The notes beneath the pieces were generated by a model. It worked only from the letters and a program-made list of their open reading frames with translations. It was not told the origin of the DNA and did no database searches. This document shows, in pieces, positions 1 to 8,936 of a stretch of 64,000 bases of DNA; the first letter of the stretch is position 1; each line of letters begins with the position of its first letter. The stretch lies in sequence record MK327932.1, one strand, 5' to 3'. This DNA comes from Escherichia phage vB_EcoM_G2248. Position numbers and translations under genes: made by a program.

Positions 1-278
1 TCATGACCAGGCAATAAAACTTCTTTGAAGCACGCTCGGTCGCCATCGGAAAACCATATATTATCACCAACATCGATAGAACTAATATAATCCCCTTCGT
101 GATTATAGATTGAACGTACATTACCCCAACGGTCTACCGTAGCGACAGTAAATGGTTTATCTAGATATGTAAACACACCATCAATATTAGGTTTTTGTTC
201 GTAACGCCAACAATCACGCAAAATACGCTTTTCGTCCTCACCAACCAACTTATATGTCTTCCCTTCTTCCCATTTCAT
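1..278 (-). CDS. hypothetical protein, 3' end outside window; paralog of 283..810
   Basis: ATG at 278..276; open frame to window edge; N-terminus MKWEEGKTYK matches MEWEVGKTYK of the next gene. Confidence 0.45.
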   Translation of the reverse strand, partial: MKWEEGKTYKLVGEDEKRILRDCWRYEQKPNIDGVFTYLDKPFTVATVDRWGNVRSIYNHEGDYISSIDVGDNIWFSDGDRACFKEVLLPGH

Positions 279-282
279 AATA

Positions 283-810
283 TCATCTCTCATTTTTGAT
301 ACGTGATTCTAATTGGATCATACGGTCTCGCGTTTGCTTGTATTCGCGGATAGCACCAATCCGGCTAGGCATACCATTTAGAACGCTCTTAATACCTTCT
401 AGGGTAGTGATTTTGGCAATACTATGTTGTAGCCCCGTCTTATCGATCAACTGAATGTCGTAGGCTTCCATAAGCAGACCCAGACGTTCTAAAGTTAGGT
501 CTTCTTCTTTTTCTTCCGATTCTGGAATCTTAGGTTCAATAGTAACTTCGGTAAAGAAACGACGCTCACCCGACCAAAACCACACACCGGAACAGCCAAT
601 AGGGGATTCTTTTAACGTCATAGAGTCGAAATCACTACCAATAATAGTAATTTCTCTAACATCACCATCATCGTCAATGTCTTCTACCCTAAACGGGCGA
701 CCAGCCAACAAGTCAACAATACATCTGTTAATAGACGACGAAAATTTAGTCAGTTCGGCTTTCGACGCTTCGCATTCAATCTTGTAAGTTTTACCAACTT
801 CCCATTCCAT
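283..810 (-). CDS. hypothetical protein
   Basis: Track ORF 283..819 starts with GTG; ATG at 810 has RBS GAGGTGA upstream. Confidence 0.5.
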   Translation of the reverse strand: MEWEVGKTYKIECEASKAELTKFSSSINRCIVDLLAGRPFRVEDIDDDGDVREITIIGSDFDSMTLKESPIGCSGVWFWSGERRFFTEVTIEPKIPESEEKEEDLTLERLGLLMEAYDIQLIDKTGLQHSIAKITTLEGIKSVLNGMPSRIGAIREYKQTRDRMIQLESRIKNER

Positions 811-820
811 AATAATCACC

Positions 821-1324
821 TCAAATAATTTTCACTGGAATACTATTAACAATCTTGTATTGTACTTGATTGTCGGACCCACGCCACGGTTTTTTCGTTG
901 GCATGTCTTTAATATACCGACCATCGATGAACATGTCAACTGATTCTACAATTTTTCTTTGCTCATCATTCAATTGGTCAAGGGTATAACCGGACCATAG
1001 CCAAATATCTTTATTTGGCATCCATGATTTTACTTCATCGATGATCCGCTGTACACCCTTTAAATTGCGTTTATACAGTGGATCGCCACCTAAGAATGTT
1101 AGCCCCTGAATAAAATCAGGTCTAAGCAGATCCAGAATCAATCCCATTGTATCATCGGTGAATGGTTCCCCGTTCTTAGGATTGAGTATGCTAGCATTAA
1201 AGCAACCATCACATGCGTGTGAACATCCGGTAACGTAAAGGGAGACTCTCACTCCCTCACCGTTAACCATATCACAATCTTTAATATCGGCATAGCGTAG
1301 TTTGCCGTATGTATCAGAACTCAT
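821..1324 (-). CDS. nrdG: anaerobic ribonucleotide reductase activating protein (radical SAM)
   Basis: Cys-rich motifs CSHACDGC and overall resemblance to T4 NrdG; sits downstream of nrdD; track start TTG moved to ATG at 1324. Confidence 0.85.
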   Translation of the reverse strand: MSSDTYGKLRYADIKDCDMVNGEGVRVSLYVTGCSHACDGCFNASILNPKNGEPFTDDTMGLILDLLRPDFIQGLTFLGGDPLYKRNLKGVQRIIDEVKSWMPNKDIWLWSGYTLDQLNDEQRKIVESVDMFIDGRYIKDMPTKKPWRGSDNQVQYKIVNSIPVKII

Positions 1325-1466
1325 ATTCAATTACCCCGAACTCGTTTACAATCTGCGCTTTATAGTAACCACCGCGAGATGCCAATAGATAAGCTGGGCT
1401 TAGGTATTCGTATTCACGGATTTCTACTTGTGCGTTTTCAGTTTCCCAAATCAGTAAAGTCCACAT
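1314..1466 (-). CDS. small hypothetical protein (50 aa)
   Basis: Track ORF 1314..1541 trimmed: a promoter/stem-loop cassette lies inside its 5' part; ATG at 1466 follows the conserved RBS GGAGAATCAAAT. Confidence 0.4.
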   Translation of the reverse strand: MWTLLIWETENAQVEIREYEYLSPAYLLASRGGYYKAQIVNEFGVIEYEF

Positions 1467-1508
1467 ATTTGATTCTCCTGTAAGGTTGTATCTCGTCTTG
1501 ATGAATAT

Positions 1509-1540
1509 AGTATAGGGGATCTCGCGATCCCCGTCAAGCA
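1509..1540 (-). promoter_or_regulatory. PeSL-like early promoter (-35 TTGACG, palindromic spacer GGGGATCGCGAGATCCCC, -10 TATACT)
   Basis: Reverse complement shows sigma70-like hexamers with an 18-nt palindromic spacer. Confidence 0.45.
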
Positions 1541-1541
1541 T

Positions 1542-2069
1542 TTATTTTAAATTTTTTCGAATGTATTCAGACCATTCCTTCCCTGTCATTTCGGACCCGT
1601 TCTGGAAACTGAAATATTCATACGGCATCGAGTCAAGATAAAACAGGATCATACATCGCGCCATATAATACCAATCACGATTAAAGTAAACTACGTTATC
1701 ACCAGTACCATCAGCACCTTTATCATAACCATCGCGGGTACGGGCGACCCATTGAATAGTATCATTTTTCTCACGGATAGTAACAGGTTCCCAATATCCA
1801 GCACATCCAGCATGACCACACGAACAAGTAAGGAAATATTGACCTTTTGCTTTGTTGTCATCCCATTCACGATGGATTGGTTCGATCTCGTGAAACAATG
1901 CCAAGCAATCATGATTATGCAACACTGGCTTACCATCAATCAATGCATGGAATGTATACAAACGACCAGTAGACAGATAGCTATCCTCACGCTCAACCAG
2001 TTCAATAGCAATCTTTTTAGCTCGTTCTTTGTGTCGTTGTGCTTTACGCTTACGGTTTAATGATTTCAT
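1542..2069 (-). CDS. hypothetical Cys/His-rich protein
   Basis: ORF with ATG at 2069 and RBS GGGGTGA; motif CSCGHAGCAG. Confidence 0.5.
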   Translation of the reverse strand: MKSLNRKRKAQRHKERAKKIAIELVEREDSYLSTGRLYTFHALIDGKPVLHNHDCLALFHEIEPIHREWDDNKAKGQYFLTCSCGHAGCAGYWEPVTIREKNDTIQWVARTRDGYDKGADGTGDNVVYFNRDWYYMARCMILFYLDSMPYEYFSFQNGSEMTGKEWSEYIRKNLK

Positions 2070-2086
2070 ATTCACCCCACACATTA

Positions 2087-2626
2087 TCAAAGGTCGCGAT
2101 ATAGTACATTATGAAAATGAGAACTTGCATTACCAATATTGTAGATAATAAATTCTTCATCCGGCGCTTGCGCTACAAATTGAGTATGAGCAACCGCCAC
2201 AACCTTAAAAATACGATCCGTGATCTTGTGTTTAATTTCTGCCCCTACTTCCATAGGAACATATTCATTTGTTTCTGTTTCAGTCGCAAAACAGCCATCT
2301 TCTTCATAAGCACGAATAAATCGGTCGCAATCAGTACGCTTAACAAATTCAAGAGTATATAATTCTCGTGAATTGTCGGTATAGACCAATACAGAATTAT
2401 TATGATAGCGAATCACATACAGGTTATTATCATCGTCAATTACGCAAAAGCTACGGATTCCTTCGCCTTGACTCCAGCAGATATTAACCACCGTTCCTCT
2501 AATAAAAAAACTTTCCTTTAAATTAAAACTAGCCAATGTGCTAGCGTGCATTTTAACAACAACACCATCACCAATTTCCAGTTTACGAAGTTTAACTTCT
2601 TTGCTCAGTACACAAAACATCATCAT
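2087..2626 (-). CDS. hypothetical protein
   Basis: ORF with RBS GAGAGGA before ATG at 2626. Confidence 0.5.
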   Translation of the reverse strand: MMMFCVLSKEVKLRKLEIGDGVVVKMHASTLASFNLKESFFIRGTVVNICWSQGEGIRSFCVIDDDNNLYVIRYHNNSVLVYTDNSRELYTLEFVKRTDCDRFIRAYEEDGCFATETETNEYVPMEVGAEIKHKITDRIFKVVAVAHTQFVAQAPDEEFIIYNIGNASSHFHNVLYRDL

Positions 2627-2655
2627 GTTGTCCTCTCGTTGTTTTCGATGTGAGC

Positions 2656-2683
2656 ATTATACATTAGCTAATCATGTTGTCAA
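2656..2683 (-). promoter_or_regulatory. sigma70-like early promoter (TTGACA, 16-nt spacer, TATAAT)
   Basis: Reverse complement reads gTTGACAacatgattagctaatgTATAATg. Confidence 0.55.
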
Positions 2684-2690
2684 CACCCCA

Positions 2691-2720
2691 AAACGAAAAA
2701 GCCGACCCTTTCGGATCGGC
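2691..2720 (-). terminator. rho-independent terminator downstream of nrdD
   Basis: Hairpin GCCGACCCTTTCGGATCGGC followed by a T-run on the minus strand. Confidence 0.6.
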
Positions 2721-2726
2721 TAAAAA

Positions 2727-4589
2727 TTACATGTGCTTAACGCGGTTTACCATCTCGGAGTGTTTCCCGTGGTTGAATGGACGCAGATCAACAGATCCAA
2801 GATATCCACTAACGCGACGGATAACATTCATCTTTTCCAGATTGTCATTGCCGCAATCAGGACAAACAAAACCAGACTCGGTCGCTCTCATTTCCTTAGT
2901 AGATCCGCATACATGACATACATCAGAAGGAGTATTAACACCGAAGTAGTGCAATTTATCCATTGCATAGTCTACTACAGTTTCAAGACCTTTCAGGTTG
3001 TTTTTCATGTCTGGGAACTCAACATAAGAGATCATGCCACCGGACGCCAGCCAGTGATAATCTTTCTCAAAGTCGATTTTCTCAAATGGAGTGACTTTCC
3101 GGTCTACGTCAAGGTGGAATGAGTTGGTGTACCAGTCTTTATCGGTAGCACCCTTAACAATACCAAATTGCTCTCGGTCCAGTCGATTAAATCGATAGCA
3201 AAGGCTCTCGGCTGGCGTACCGTAAAGACTAAACCCAAGTCCGGTTTCATCCTTCCATTTTTCAGTATAATGACGCAAGATCTTAAGAATATGTTTACCG
3301 TATCGCTGCGCATCTTCCGAATCAAACGGATGAACACCAAACAGGACGCTCAATACCTCATGTAAACCAATATATCCAAGAGAGATACTAGCGCGACCAT
3401 CTTTCAGAACTTCCAAAATTTCATCGTTTTGATGAATACGGAAAAATGCACCTTCTGTATACAGTACAGGAGCAACATTGGCTTTAGCCCCTTTTAAAGC
3501 GTCTACGCGACTCATGAGCGCATCAAAGCAAATAGGCATACGATTAGCTAGCTCTTGTTCGAATAGCTCAATTCTGCGCATTACAGACGCTTTACCAGCA
3601 CGACGCGCGGCAATAAGGGCAATACGCGGAAGATTTAGAGTCACAACACCTAAGTTATTACGTCCGTCTAATACTTCTTCGCCTTTCTCATTATGCCACA
3701 CACCCAGGAAGCTACGACAACCCATCGGGCTAACCGGAACACTAGATCCAGTGATACTACGGTTATTCTTCGCAGAGATATAATCAGGGTAAAGACGCTT
3801 ACTAGAACATTCCAATGCAAGTTGCTTAATGTCGTAGTTCGGATCTTCCGGTTTAAGGTTTAATCCTTCTTCTAAGAACATCACCAGCTTAGGAAACACC
3901 GGAGTTATACCGTCTTTACCTAAACCTTTAGTTCGAACTTTCAGGATCGCTTTCTGAATCAGTTTTTCTTCCCAGCTAGTACCCATACCAAAGGTTAAAG
4001 TCACAAAAGGCGTTTGACCGTTGGTGGAGAACAAAGTGTTGATTTCATATTCCAACGCTTGATACCCGTCTAGCGTTTCTTTTTCTGTCTTCTCTTGTGC
4101 ATAGAGAGTATCAGCTTTGATTCCGTAGGTTTCGGCATCAGCAAGGTGTTTATGATATGTTTTCTCAACGTATGGCGCTAAAACCTGATCGATGTTTGCA
4201 ATTGTGGTCCCGCCATATTGATGACTTGCCACCTGTGCGATAATTTGAGCGGTTACAGCACAAGCAACGCCGATCGATTTCGGACTTTCGATTTGTGCGC
4301 TACCCAATTTAAAACCATTCTCTAACATGTCTTTGAGATTAACAAGACAGCAGTTAGTAAACGGCATAGCGGGTGCATAATCCATATCATGATAATGAAT
4401 ATCACCATCTACATGCGCTTTATAGATGTGCTCAGGTAACACGGTTTTAGCAATCTGTTTAGACACAGCACCAGCAATCAGATCTCGACGTGTCGGGAAT
4501 GTTCGCGCGTCTTTGTTCGCGTTCTCTTTGCTTACTTCGTTTTCTTTACCCGTTGCGATCTCTGTAATGTCTTTGATTAGTTTTTCCAT
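2727..4589 (-). CDS. nrdD: anaerobic ribonucleoside-triphosphate reductase (glycyl radical enzyme)
   Basis: 620 aa; C-terminal zinc site CPDCG and glycyl radical motif RVSGYLG; single uninterrupted ORF. Confidence 0.9.
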   Translation of the reverse strand: MEKLIKDITEIATGKENEVSKENANKDARTFPTRRDLIAGAVSKQIAKTVLPEHIYKAHVDGDIHYHDMDYAPAMPFTNCCLVNLKDMLENGFKLGSAQIESPKSIGVACAVTAQIIAQVASHQYGGTTIANIDQVLAPYVEKTYHKHLADAETYGIKADTLYAQEKTEKETLDGYQALEYEINTLFSTNGQTPFVTLTFGMGTSWEEKLIQKAILKVRTKGLGKDGITPVFPKLVMFLEEGLNLKPEDPNYDIKQLALECSSKRLYPDYISAKNNRSITGSSVPVSPMGCRSFLGVWHNEKGEEVLDGRNNLGVVTLNLPRIALIAARRAGKASVMRRIELFEQELANRMPICFDALMSRVDALKGAKANVAPVLYTEGAFFRIHQNDEILEVLKDGRASISLGYIGLHEVLSVLFGVHPFDSEDAQRYGKHILKILRHYTEKWKDETGLGFSLYGTPAESLCYRFNRLDREQFGIVKGATDKDWYTNSFHLDVDRKVTPFEKIDFEKDYHWLASGGMISYVEFPDMKNNLKGLETVVDYAMDKLHYFGVNTPSDVCHVCGSTKEMRATESGFVCPDCGNDNLEKMNVIRRVSGYLGSVDLRPFNHGKHSEMVNRVKHM

Positions 4590-4602
4590 TGTATCACCTA
4601 TG

Positions 4603-4625
4603 AAAAAGCGGGATTTTCTCCCGCT
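4603..4625 (-). terminator. hairpin/terminator between the upstream gene and nrdD
   Basis: AGCGGGAGAAAATCCCGCT on the transcribed strand followed by a T-run. Confidence 0.5.
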
Positions 4626-4634
4626 CGTTGATAG

Positions 4635-5129
4635 TTATTTTACCAGTTCTGCTAATTCTTTTTCTTTAGCTTCTAGTTCAGCTTTAAGCTGTTTAATCTC
4701 TTGTCGCTTCTTATTAGCGGCTTCTTGCTTACTATTTCGGATAACCTGATCTAGATACAACTCCCAATCCTGAATATTTTTGATAATGTAACCGTCAACA
4801 TTAATTGGTCGGAGATTCAGTACAGCTTCCAGTTTAGTTGCAAAAACTTTAATTGCTGGTGTGAAGTATTCATATTCGTTATCTTCAAACCAATAACCTA
4901 GACTTGCATTCTCAATACGAAGATGAAGTTTAAGATCAAGGTCTTTATCATCGGTATATAGGTCTTTTACACACCCAATAGAATTAACAACAACTTTAAA
5001 ACGAATTTTATCTACACCACCAAACACATCTTCAAGAATATCAGCAATTGAGCTATTAGCGCAAGATTGGTCGCTGAATGCGTCAAGGTTTTCTTTAGTT
5101 ACAGTATACCAAACATCTTGTACCCACAT
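4635..5129 (-). CDS. hypothetical protein with C-terminal coiled coil
   Basis: ATG at 5129 preceded by the conserved RBS module GAGGATTATATTATG. Confidence 0.55.
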   Translation of the reverse strand: MWVQDVWYTVTKENLDAFSDQSCANSSIADILEDVFGGVDKIRFKVVVNSIGCVKDLYTDDKDLDLKLHLRIENASLGYWFEDNEYEYFTPAIKVFATKLEAVLNLRPINVDGYIIKNIQDWELYLDQVIRNSKQEAANKKRQEIKQLKAELEAKEKELAELVK

Positions 5130-5152
5130 AATATAATCCTCTCGTTGTTAAG

Positions 5153-5187
5153 TGGGAGTATTATAGCATACTCCCTTCGCATGTCAA
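5153..5187 (-). promoter_or_regulatory. PeSL-like early promoter with palindrome GGGAGTATGCTATAATACTCCC
   Basis: TTGACA at 5187..5182, TATAAT at 5165..5160; the palindrome spans the -10. Confidence 0.55.
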
Positions 5188-6362
5188 GCACTAACTTTTT
5201 TCTTTACTGCTTTCACCTTCTGGCGAATTGCTCGAATCTCTTCGATCTCTTTTTCAGTCTCTTTAACAATTTCTTTGCGATTCTGAATATCTGTATCTAG
5301 ATTATCATCAAGTTTAGGCAGCATGTCAATCAAGAACTTTTTAAAGTCTTTCAGGTTTCGGATAACAGCACCTTCACCCATTACCGCCACGCCTACACCA
5401 TCCGGCAGGTCGCCAAACAGTTTAACCAGTTCAGACAGATGATCATGATCTTCTAGTGCTTCTTCCGGTTCAGATGGCAGTTCCACAAAGTAATAACGTT
5501 CATCATTGCTGATCAGGTGATACCAGCAAAGCCCAAAAGATTTAGGAGTATATTCTACACCACCAACTTCAACTGCGTCAACACTTCCGAAAGAATCTAC
5601 TTTAGTTACCTTAAATCCATGTTCCAGCGTTTTAATAATTTCAATAACATGACTGGATACGGTTTCAGTATTAAACCAATGAGGCAAATTATGTGGATTT
5701 GGCTTGTATCGTTCGCCTACTTTAAATCTCTGACCACGCTCTTGCATACGGACATATTCAACTCGCGTGATTTCCGCGAAGTATTCAAATTCGCCACCGT
5801 CAAACACAGAAGCCCATTGATCACAAAAACGATCTGCCTTAACAGTTTCACCTTTCGCGGTGATCATGGTAGCTGATCCGTGCAATTCTTCTTCAACTAA
5901 AAAGCCATATTCGACAAAATCAACAAGTTTCATAGCTTCTTTGTGATCTGGATCATGCTCTCCCCAGAATCGCTTAAATTCTTGCAAACCTTCTGGGGTA
6001 AACGAATAACATTTACCTTTTTCAAAGTAAGTCGGCATTGCATCCTCTTTCTTGTTCATCGCTTCGTATGCCTCTTTTGAGATGCGTTTAAAGTATTTAC
6101 GCTCATTGTGCATAATCATAGTAGCCCAATAATCAACAATATCATTAGCGGAATAAACTACATCTCCAGCTTCAATAGTAATAACATGACCGTGGTCATC
6201 TTTTTCTAATACTTTAAAGCCCTTTTCTACGATTTCAGCAACACGAATATGACCACGGCGCGAAGCATCGGTCAGAATAATTGAATAGCGAGAAAAGTCT
6301 AGAAACTCATCTTTACCGCCTTCACGGAATGCATAGCAATGACCTTCAAAGAATTTAGCCAT
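5184..6362 (-). CDS. hypothetical protein with repeated ~65-aa domain (member of tandem paralog family)
   Basis: 392 aa; internal repeats share GF(K/L)V and NERKYFKRI motifs with the two following genes. Confidence 0.6.
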   Translation of the reverse strand: MAKFFEGHCYAFREGGKDEFLDFSRYSIILTDASRRGHIRVAEIVEKGFKVLEKDDHGHVITIEAGDVVYSANDIVDYWATMIMHNERKYFKRISKEAYEAMNKKEDAMPTYFEKGKCYSFTPEGLQEFKRFWGEHDPDHKEAMKLVDFVEYGFLVEEELHGSATMITAKGETVKADRFCDQWASVFDGGEFEYFAEITRVEYVRMQERGQRFKVGERYKPNPHNLPHWFNTETVSSHVIEIIKTLEHGFKVTKVDSFGSVDAVEVGGVEYTPKSFGLCWYHLISNDERYYFVELPSEPEEALEDHDHLSELVKLFGDLPDGVGVAVMGEGAVIRNLKDFKKFLIDMLPKLDDNLDTDIQNRKEIVKETEKEIEEIRAIRQKVKAVKKKVSA

Positions 6363-6384
6363 AATATAATCCTCTCGTTGTTTA

Positions 6385-6422
6385 GATGGGAGTATCTTAC
6401 TACTCCCGTTTCATCATGTCAA
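6385..6422 (-). promoter_or_regulatory. PeSL-like early promoter with palindrome GGGAGTAGTAAGATACTCCC
   Basis: TTGACA at 6422..6417 overlaps the stop codon of the upstream gene. Confidence 0.5.
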
Positions 6423-6985
6423 GCGTTAAATGACTTTTGGATCTCTTTCAGTTCAGCTACTTTATCGGCGCTATATTTTGCTTGATGTTCCATGCGCTTA
6501 AGCTCACCTTTGATATAGGTTTCTAGCTTAGGTTTATTCTCAATCAGAAAATCTTTCAGGTCATCGGCATTTTTAAAGTATAGCTGATTATCAAAGCTAA
6601 AATCTTCCAGCGTCAATGATACCAAAGAAGACTTCGCAAACAAGTTAATCAGATCTTCCAGAGATTCTTCTTTCTTAATTGGTTTCATTTCTTCAAACTG
6701 CTTTTTAGTGATGCGTTTAAAGTATTTTCGCTCGTTTGCAGCAATCAGAACAGATGCACCTTCATACTCATGAGTTTCTACCAGATACACACGCCCCATC
6801 GCATCAACAGTGAGAACTTTAAAGCCGTTACAAAGCACGTCATACAAGAACTTATTATGTTGCGGACATCGTTTGATAAATTCTGCGACTGTTTCTGCAC
6901 TACGGAAAGTATAGTAACGACCTCGTTCAAAAACAGCGTCATTGGGTGACTTAACCGAATATACTTTGTATGTTTTCTGTACCAT
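6419..6985 (-). CDS. hypothetical protein, paralog of 5184..6362
   Basis: Shares NERKYFKRITKKQFEEM and GFKVLTVD motifs; start placed at ATG 6985 behind RBS GAGGATTATATT. Confidence 0.55.
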   Translation of the reverse strand: MVQKTYKVYSVKSPNDAVFERGRYYTFRSAETVAEFIKRCPQHNKFLYDVLCNGFKVLTVDAMGRVYLVETHEYEGASVLIAANERKYFKRITKKQFEEMKPIKKEESLEDLINLFAKSSLVSLTLEDFSFDNQLYFKNADDLKDFLIENKPKLETYIKGELKRMEHQAKYSADKVAELKEIQKSFNA

Positions 6986-6999
6986 AATATAATCCTCTA

Positions 7000-7272
7000 T
7001 CATTTCACTAATTGAACAGCACGGAACAGAATGCGGTCACACGGAAGCAGCATAAATTCCCAACGCGGATCAAAGTCTTTAGCGGTATATGTTTTCCCAT
7101 CAACCGAGATTTCACTTACATAACCAATAGGTGACACTTTAAGAACAGTAAATCCATTCTTGATGACTTCGTAGGTATCTTTCAATCCTTCGTAGTCATC
7201 CTCTAGGAAGTCTTTACGTGCTTGCTCAGATTTAAAAACATAGGCCACACCGGATTTAAACATCTTACGCAT
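7000..7272 (-). CDS. hypothetical protein, single copy of the paralog domain
   Basis: 90 aa with GFTVLKVSPIGYV motif; RBS AAGGAGAATCAACA before ATG 7272. Confidence 0.5.
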   Translation of the reverse strand: MRKMFKSGVAYVFKSEQARKDFLEDDYEGLKDTYEVIKNGFTVLKVSPIGYVSEISVDGKTYTAKDFDPRWEFMLLPCDRILFRAVQLVK

Positions 7273-7296
7273 TGTTGATTCTCCTTCTTGATTAGA

Positions 7297-7332
7297 TGGG
7301 AGTATTTTACTACTCCCATTTCATGTTGTCAA
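7297..7332 (-). promoter_or_regulatory. PeSL-like early promoter with palindrome GGGAGTAGTAAAATACTCCC
   Basis: TTGACA at 7332..7327, -10 TAAAAT, palindrome spans the -10. Confidence 0.5.
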
Positions 7333-7335
7333 CCA

Positions 7336-7809
7336 CTATCTTAATCTTTGTATGAATTGTTTCTTATACTTCTTCGTGATCTCTTCTCTTGTATCCGCGT
7401 CACAGTAATCGAAACCTTCTGCGTCCATAATAGCAACCATCTCCGCTCGTGTCAAGCGTGAAAATCGTTTTACTTTATCAACAGCATATTGAGGATGTAA
7501 ATGATTGTTGGTGTAGTCTCCTTTGATGTAATTAACATAGTTTGTAGCCCAAACAACGAAATCAGCACCTAAAGCACCAACACCAAACCGTTTAAAGTCT
7601 CCGGTCAACGATCCTTCTAGGCGGTTGCAACACGAATGAAGCAATCCCCTTACGCGGCCTTGCCCTTTCCCATCTAGATCGTGGTCGTGGTCAAGATGGT
7701 TTTTGCTCATATCCTCAAAAAGTGGCAATTGACAAAGGGGGCAAATGCCCCCCTGTTTTTCGAATAGTTCTTGTTTGTACTCTTTAGCACTCTTAGCAGT
7801 CAGTAACAT
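7336..7809 (-). CDS. 49: endonuclease VII (Holliday junction resolvase)
   Basis: Motifs HLDHDHD, GxVRGLL and CxxC match T4 gp49; track TTG start moved to ATG 7809 (MLLTAK...). Confidence 0.9.
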   Translation of the reverse strand: MLLTAKSAKEYKQELFEKQGGICPLCQLPLFEDMSKNHLDHDHDLDGKGQGRVRGLLHSCCNRLEGSLTGDFKRFGVGALGADFVVWATNYVNYIKGDYTNNHLHPQYAVDKVKRFSRLTRAEMVAIMDAEGFDYCDADTREEITKKYKKQFIQRLR

Positions 7810-7833
7810 AAATTCACCCTCCAAAGAAGGTAT

Positions 7834-8115
7834 TTAACCATTAATCTTGTTTTTGACTACAAAGGATCGGAACTCATCAAAACCACCGATATAATCACCA
7901 TCATAGAAAATCTGCGGCATGGTGGCAATAACTTCTACCCCTGCGCGATCCTGAATATCGGCAATGATAGAATCAATCTTTACCGGACGACCGTTTTCGT
8001 CCACACCATCATTAACCGGAATGTAGATGTAAGGGATCTTACGCGCTTCACAAAGGCGCTTTGCATTCTGGCAATACTTACAGTTGTAACCTTCAAAACC
8101 AAAAATTTCTACCAT
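7834..8115 (-). CDS. nrdC: glutaredoxin/thioredoxin-like protein
   Basis: CKYCQNAKRL active site and MPQIFYDGDYIGGFDE resemble T4 NrdC; ATG at 8115. Confidence 0.8.
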   Translation of the reverse strand: MVEIFGFEGYNCKYCQNAKRLCEARKIPYIYIPVNDGVDENGRPVKIDSIIADIQDRAGVEVIATMPQIFYDGDYIGGFDEFRSFVVKNKING

Positions 8116-8123
8116 GTTATACC

Positions 8124-8936
8124 TCAATCTACGTTAGTTACATAAACTTCTTGCGTATCAGAAGACTTACCACCTGAACGATCTAGGCAATAGGTCTTAT
8201 TCAACAGGACGCAGTTTAAATCATTCCGCTTGATAAAGTCAAGGAGATGATCATTTACCTTTCCCTTATGATGCGTGACATTACTGATACCAAACTGAAA
8301 ACCACGCGCCATAATCGATTCTACCCACTGATAGAATTTAATCTCTTCCTCGTCACTCCAGAACTTATTATATTCCGCAGAAGTGATAAGGTACGGCGGG
8401 TCCAAATAAACGAAATCACCTGGCAAGATCTCGATCTCGTCATAGCGACCAGACGTAAAACTGATTCGACCGTCTTTGTTTTCTTCCTTAAAATTCAGGA
8501 CACGCTCTACCGCGTTTTCGTTAAAAGTCCGGCGACCAAAATTAGCATTAAATTCTCCCTTCCTGTTATGGCGGTTAATGTTGCTAAAACTGTGCTGAAT
8601 CAGAACAAACAGAGATAGCGGATCTGGATTCTCATTATACTTCTTGCGGAATGCCATATAAGAATCTTTATCATCACGAGACAAACCATTCTCGGCAATA
8701 ATCAGCTTGATCGTAGAAACCGGATCAGGACACTCGTCAATCGCTTTGTACGCGTCAATTAAGCGGTGATCATAGTCATTAGCCAGAACACCCCCTTCGA
8801 CGTACAGAGACACGCTCAAGCCACCACAAAAGGCATCAACAAAGCGGTTATAGTGCTTAGGGAAATACTTACTAACACTTGGCAATAACTTTTCCTTATT
8901 GCCAGTATAGGGAATTAAACCTAATGCTTTCTTCAT
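8124..8936 (-). CDS. dam: DNA adenine methyltransferase (Dam family)
   Basis: NRFVDAFCGGLSVSL (motif I), DFVYLDPPY (motif IV), YNKFWSDEEE; close match to T4 Dam. Confidence 0.85.
   Translation of the reverse strand: MKKALGLIPYTGNKEKLLPSVSKYFPKHYNRFVDAFCGGLSVSLYVEGGVLANDYDHRLIDAYKAIDECPDPVSTIKLIIAENGLSRDDKDSYMAFRKKYNENPDPLSLFVLIQHSFSNINRHNRKGEFNANFGRRTFNENAVERVLNFKEENKDGRISFTSGRYDEIEILPGDFVYLDPPYLITSAEYNKFWSDEEEIKFYQWVESIMARGFQFGISNVTHHKGKVNDHLLDFIKRNDLNCVLLNKTYCLDRSGGKSSDTQEVYVTNVD

Noticed and set aside
1314-1541. 75-aa ORF from the track, full length
   Set aside because: A promoter and stem-loop cassette lies inside its first third, and an ATG with the conserved RBS follows at 1466, so only the 3' 50 codons are called.
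1752-2060. Plus-strand ORFs inside the minus-strand early region (for example 1752..2060, 2111..2362, 8247..8618, 8879..9427, 14917..15447, 22604..23128, 23231..23515)
   Set aside because: They lie antisense within better-supported minus-strand genes, lack an RBS, and have low-complexity or odd composition. Treated as shadow ORFs.
7336-7824. Track start codons for several ORFs (7824, 1330, 819, 8127, 21077, 30890, 31153, 54342 and others)
   Set aside because: These positions are TTG or GTG, not ATG. The nearest in-frame ATG with an RBS gives N-termini consistent with T4 homologs, so starts were moved. The one exception is 10872, where a GTG five nt after GGAGGA was kept.
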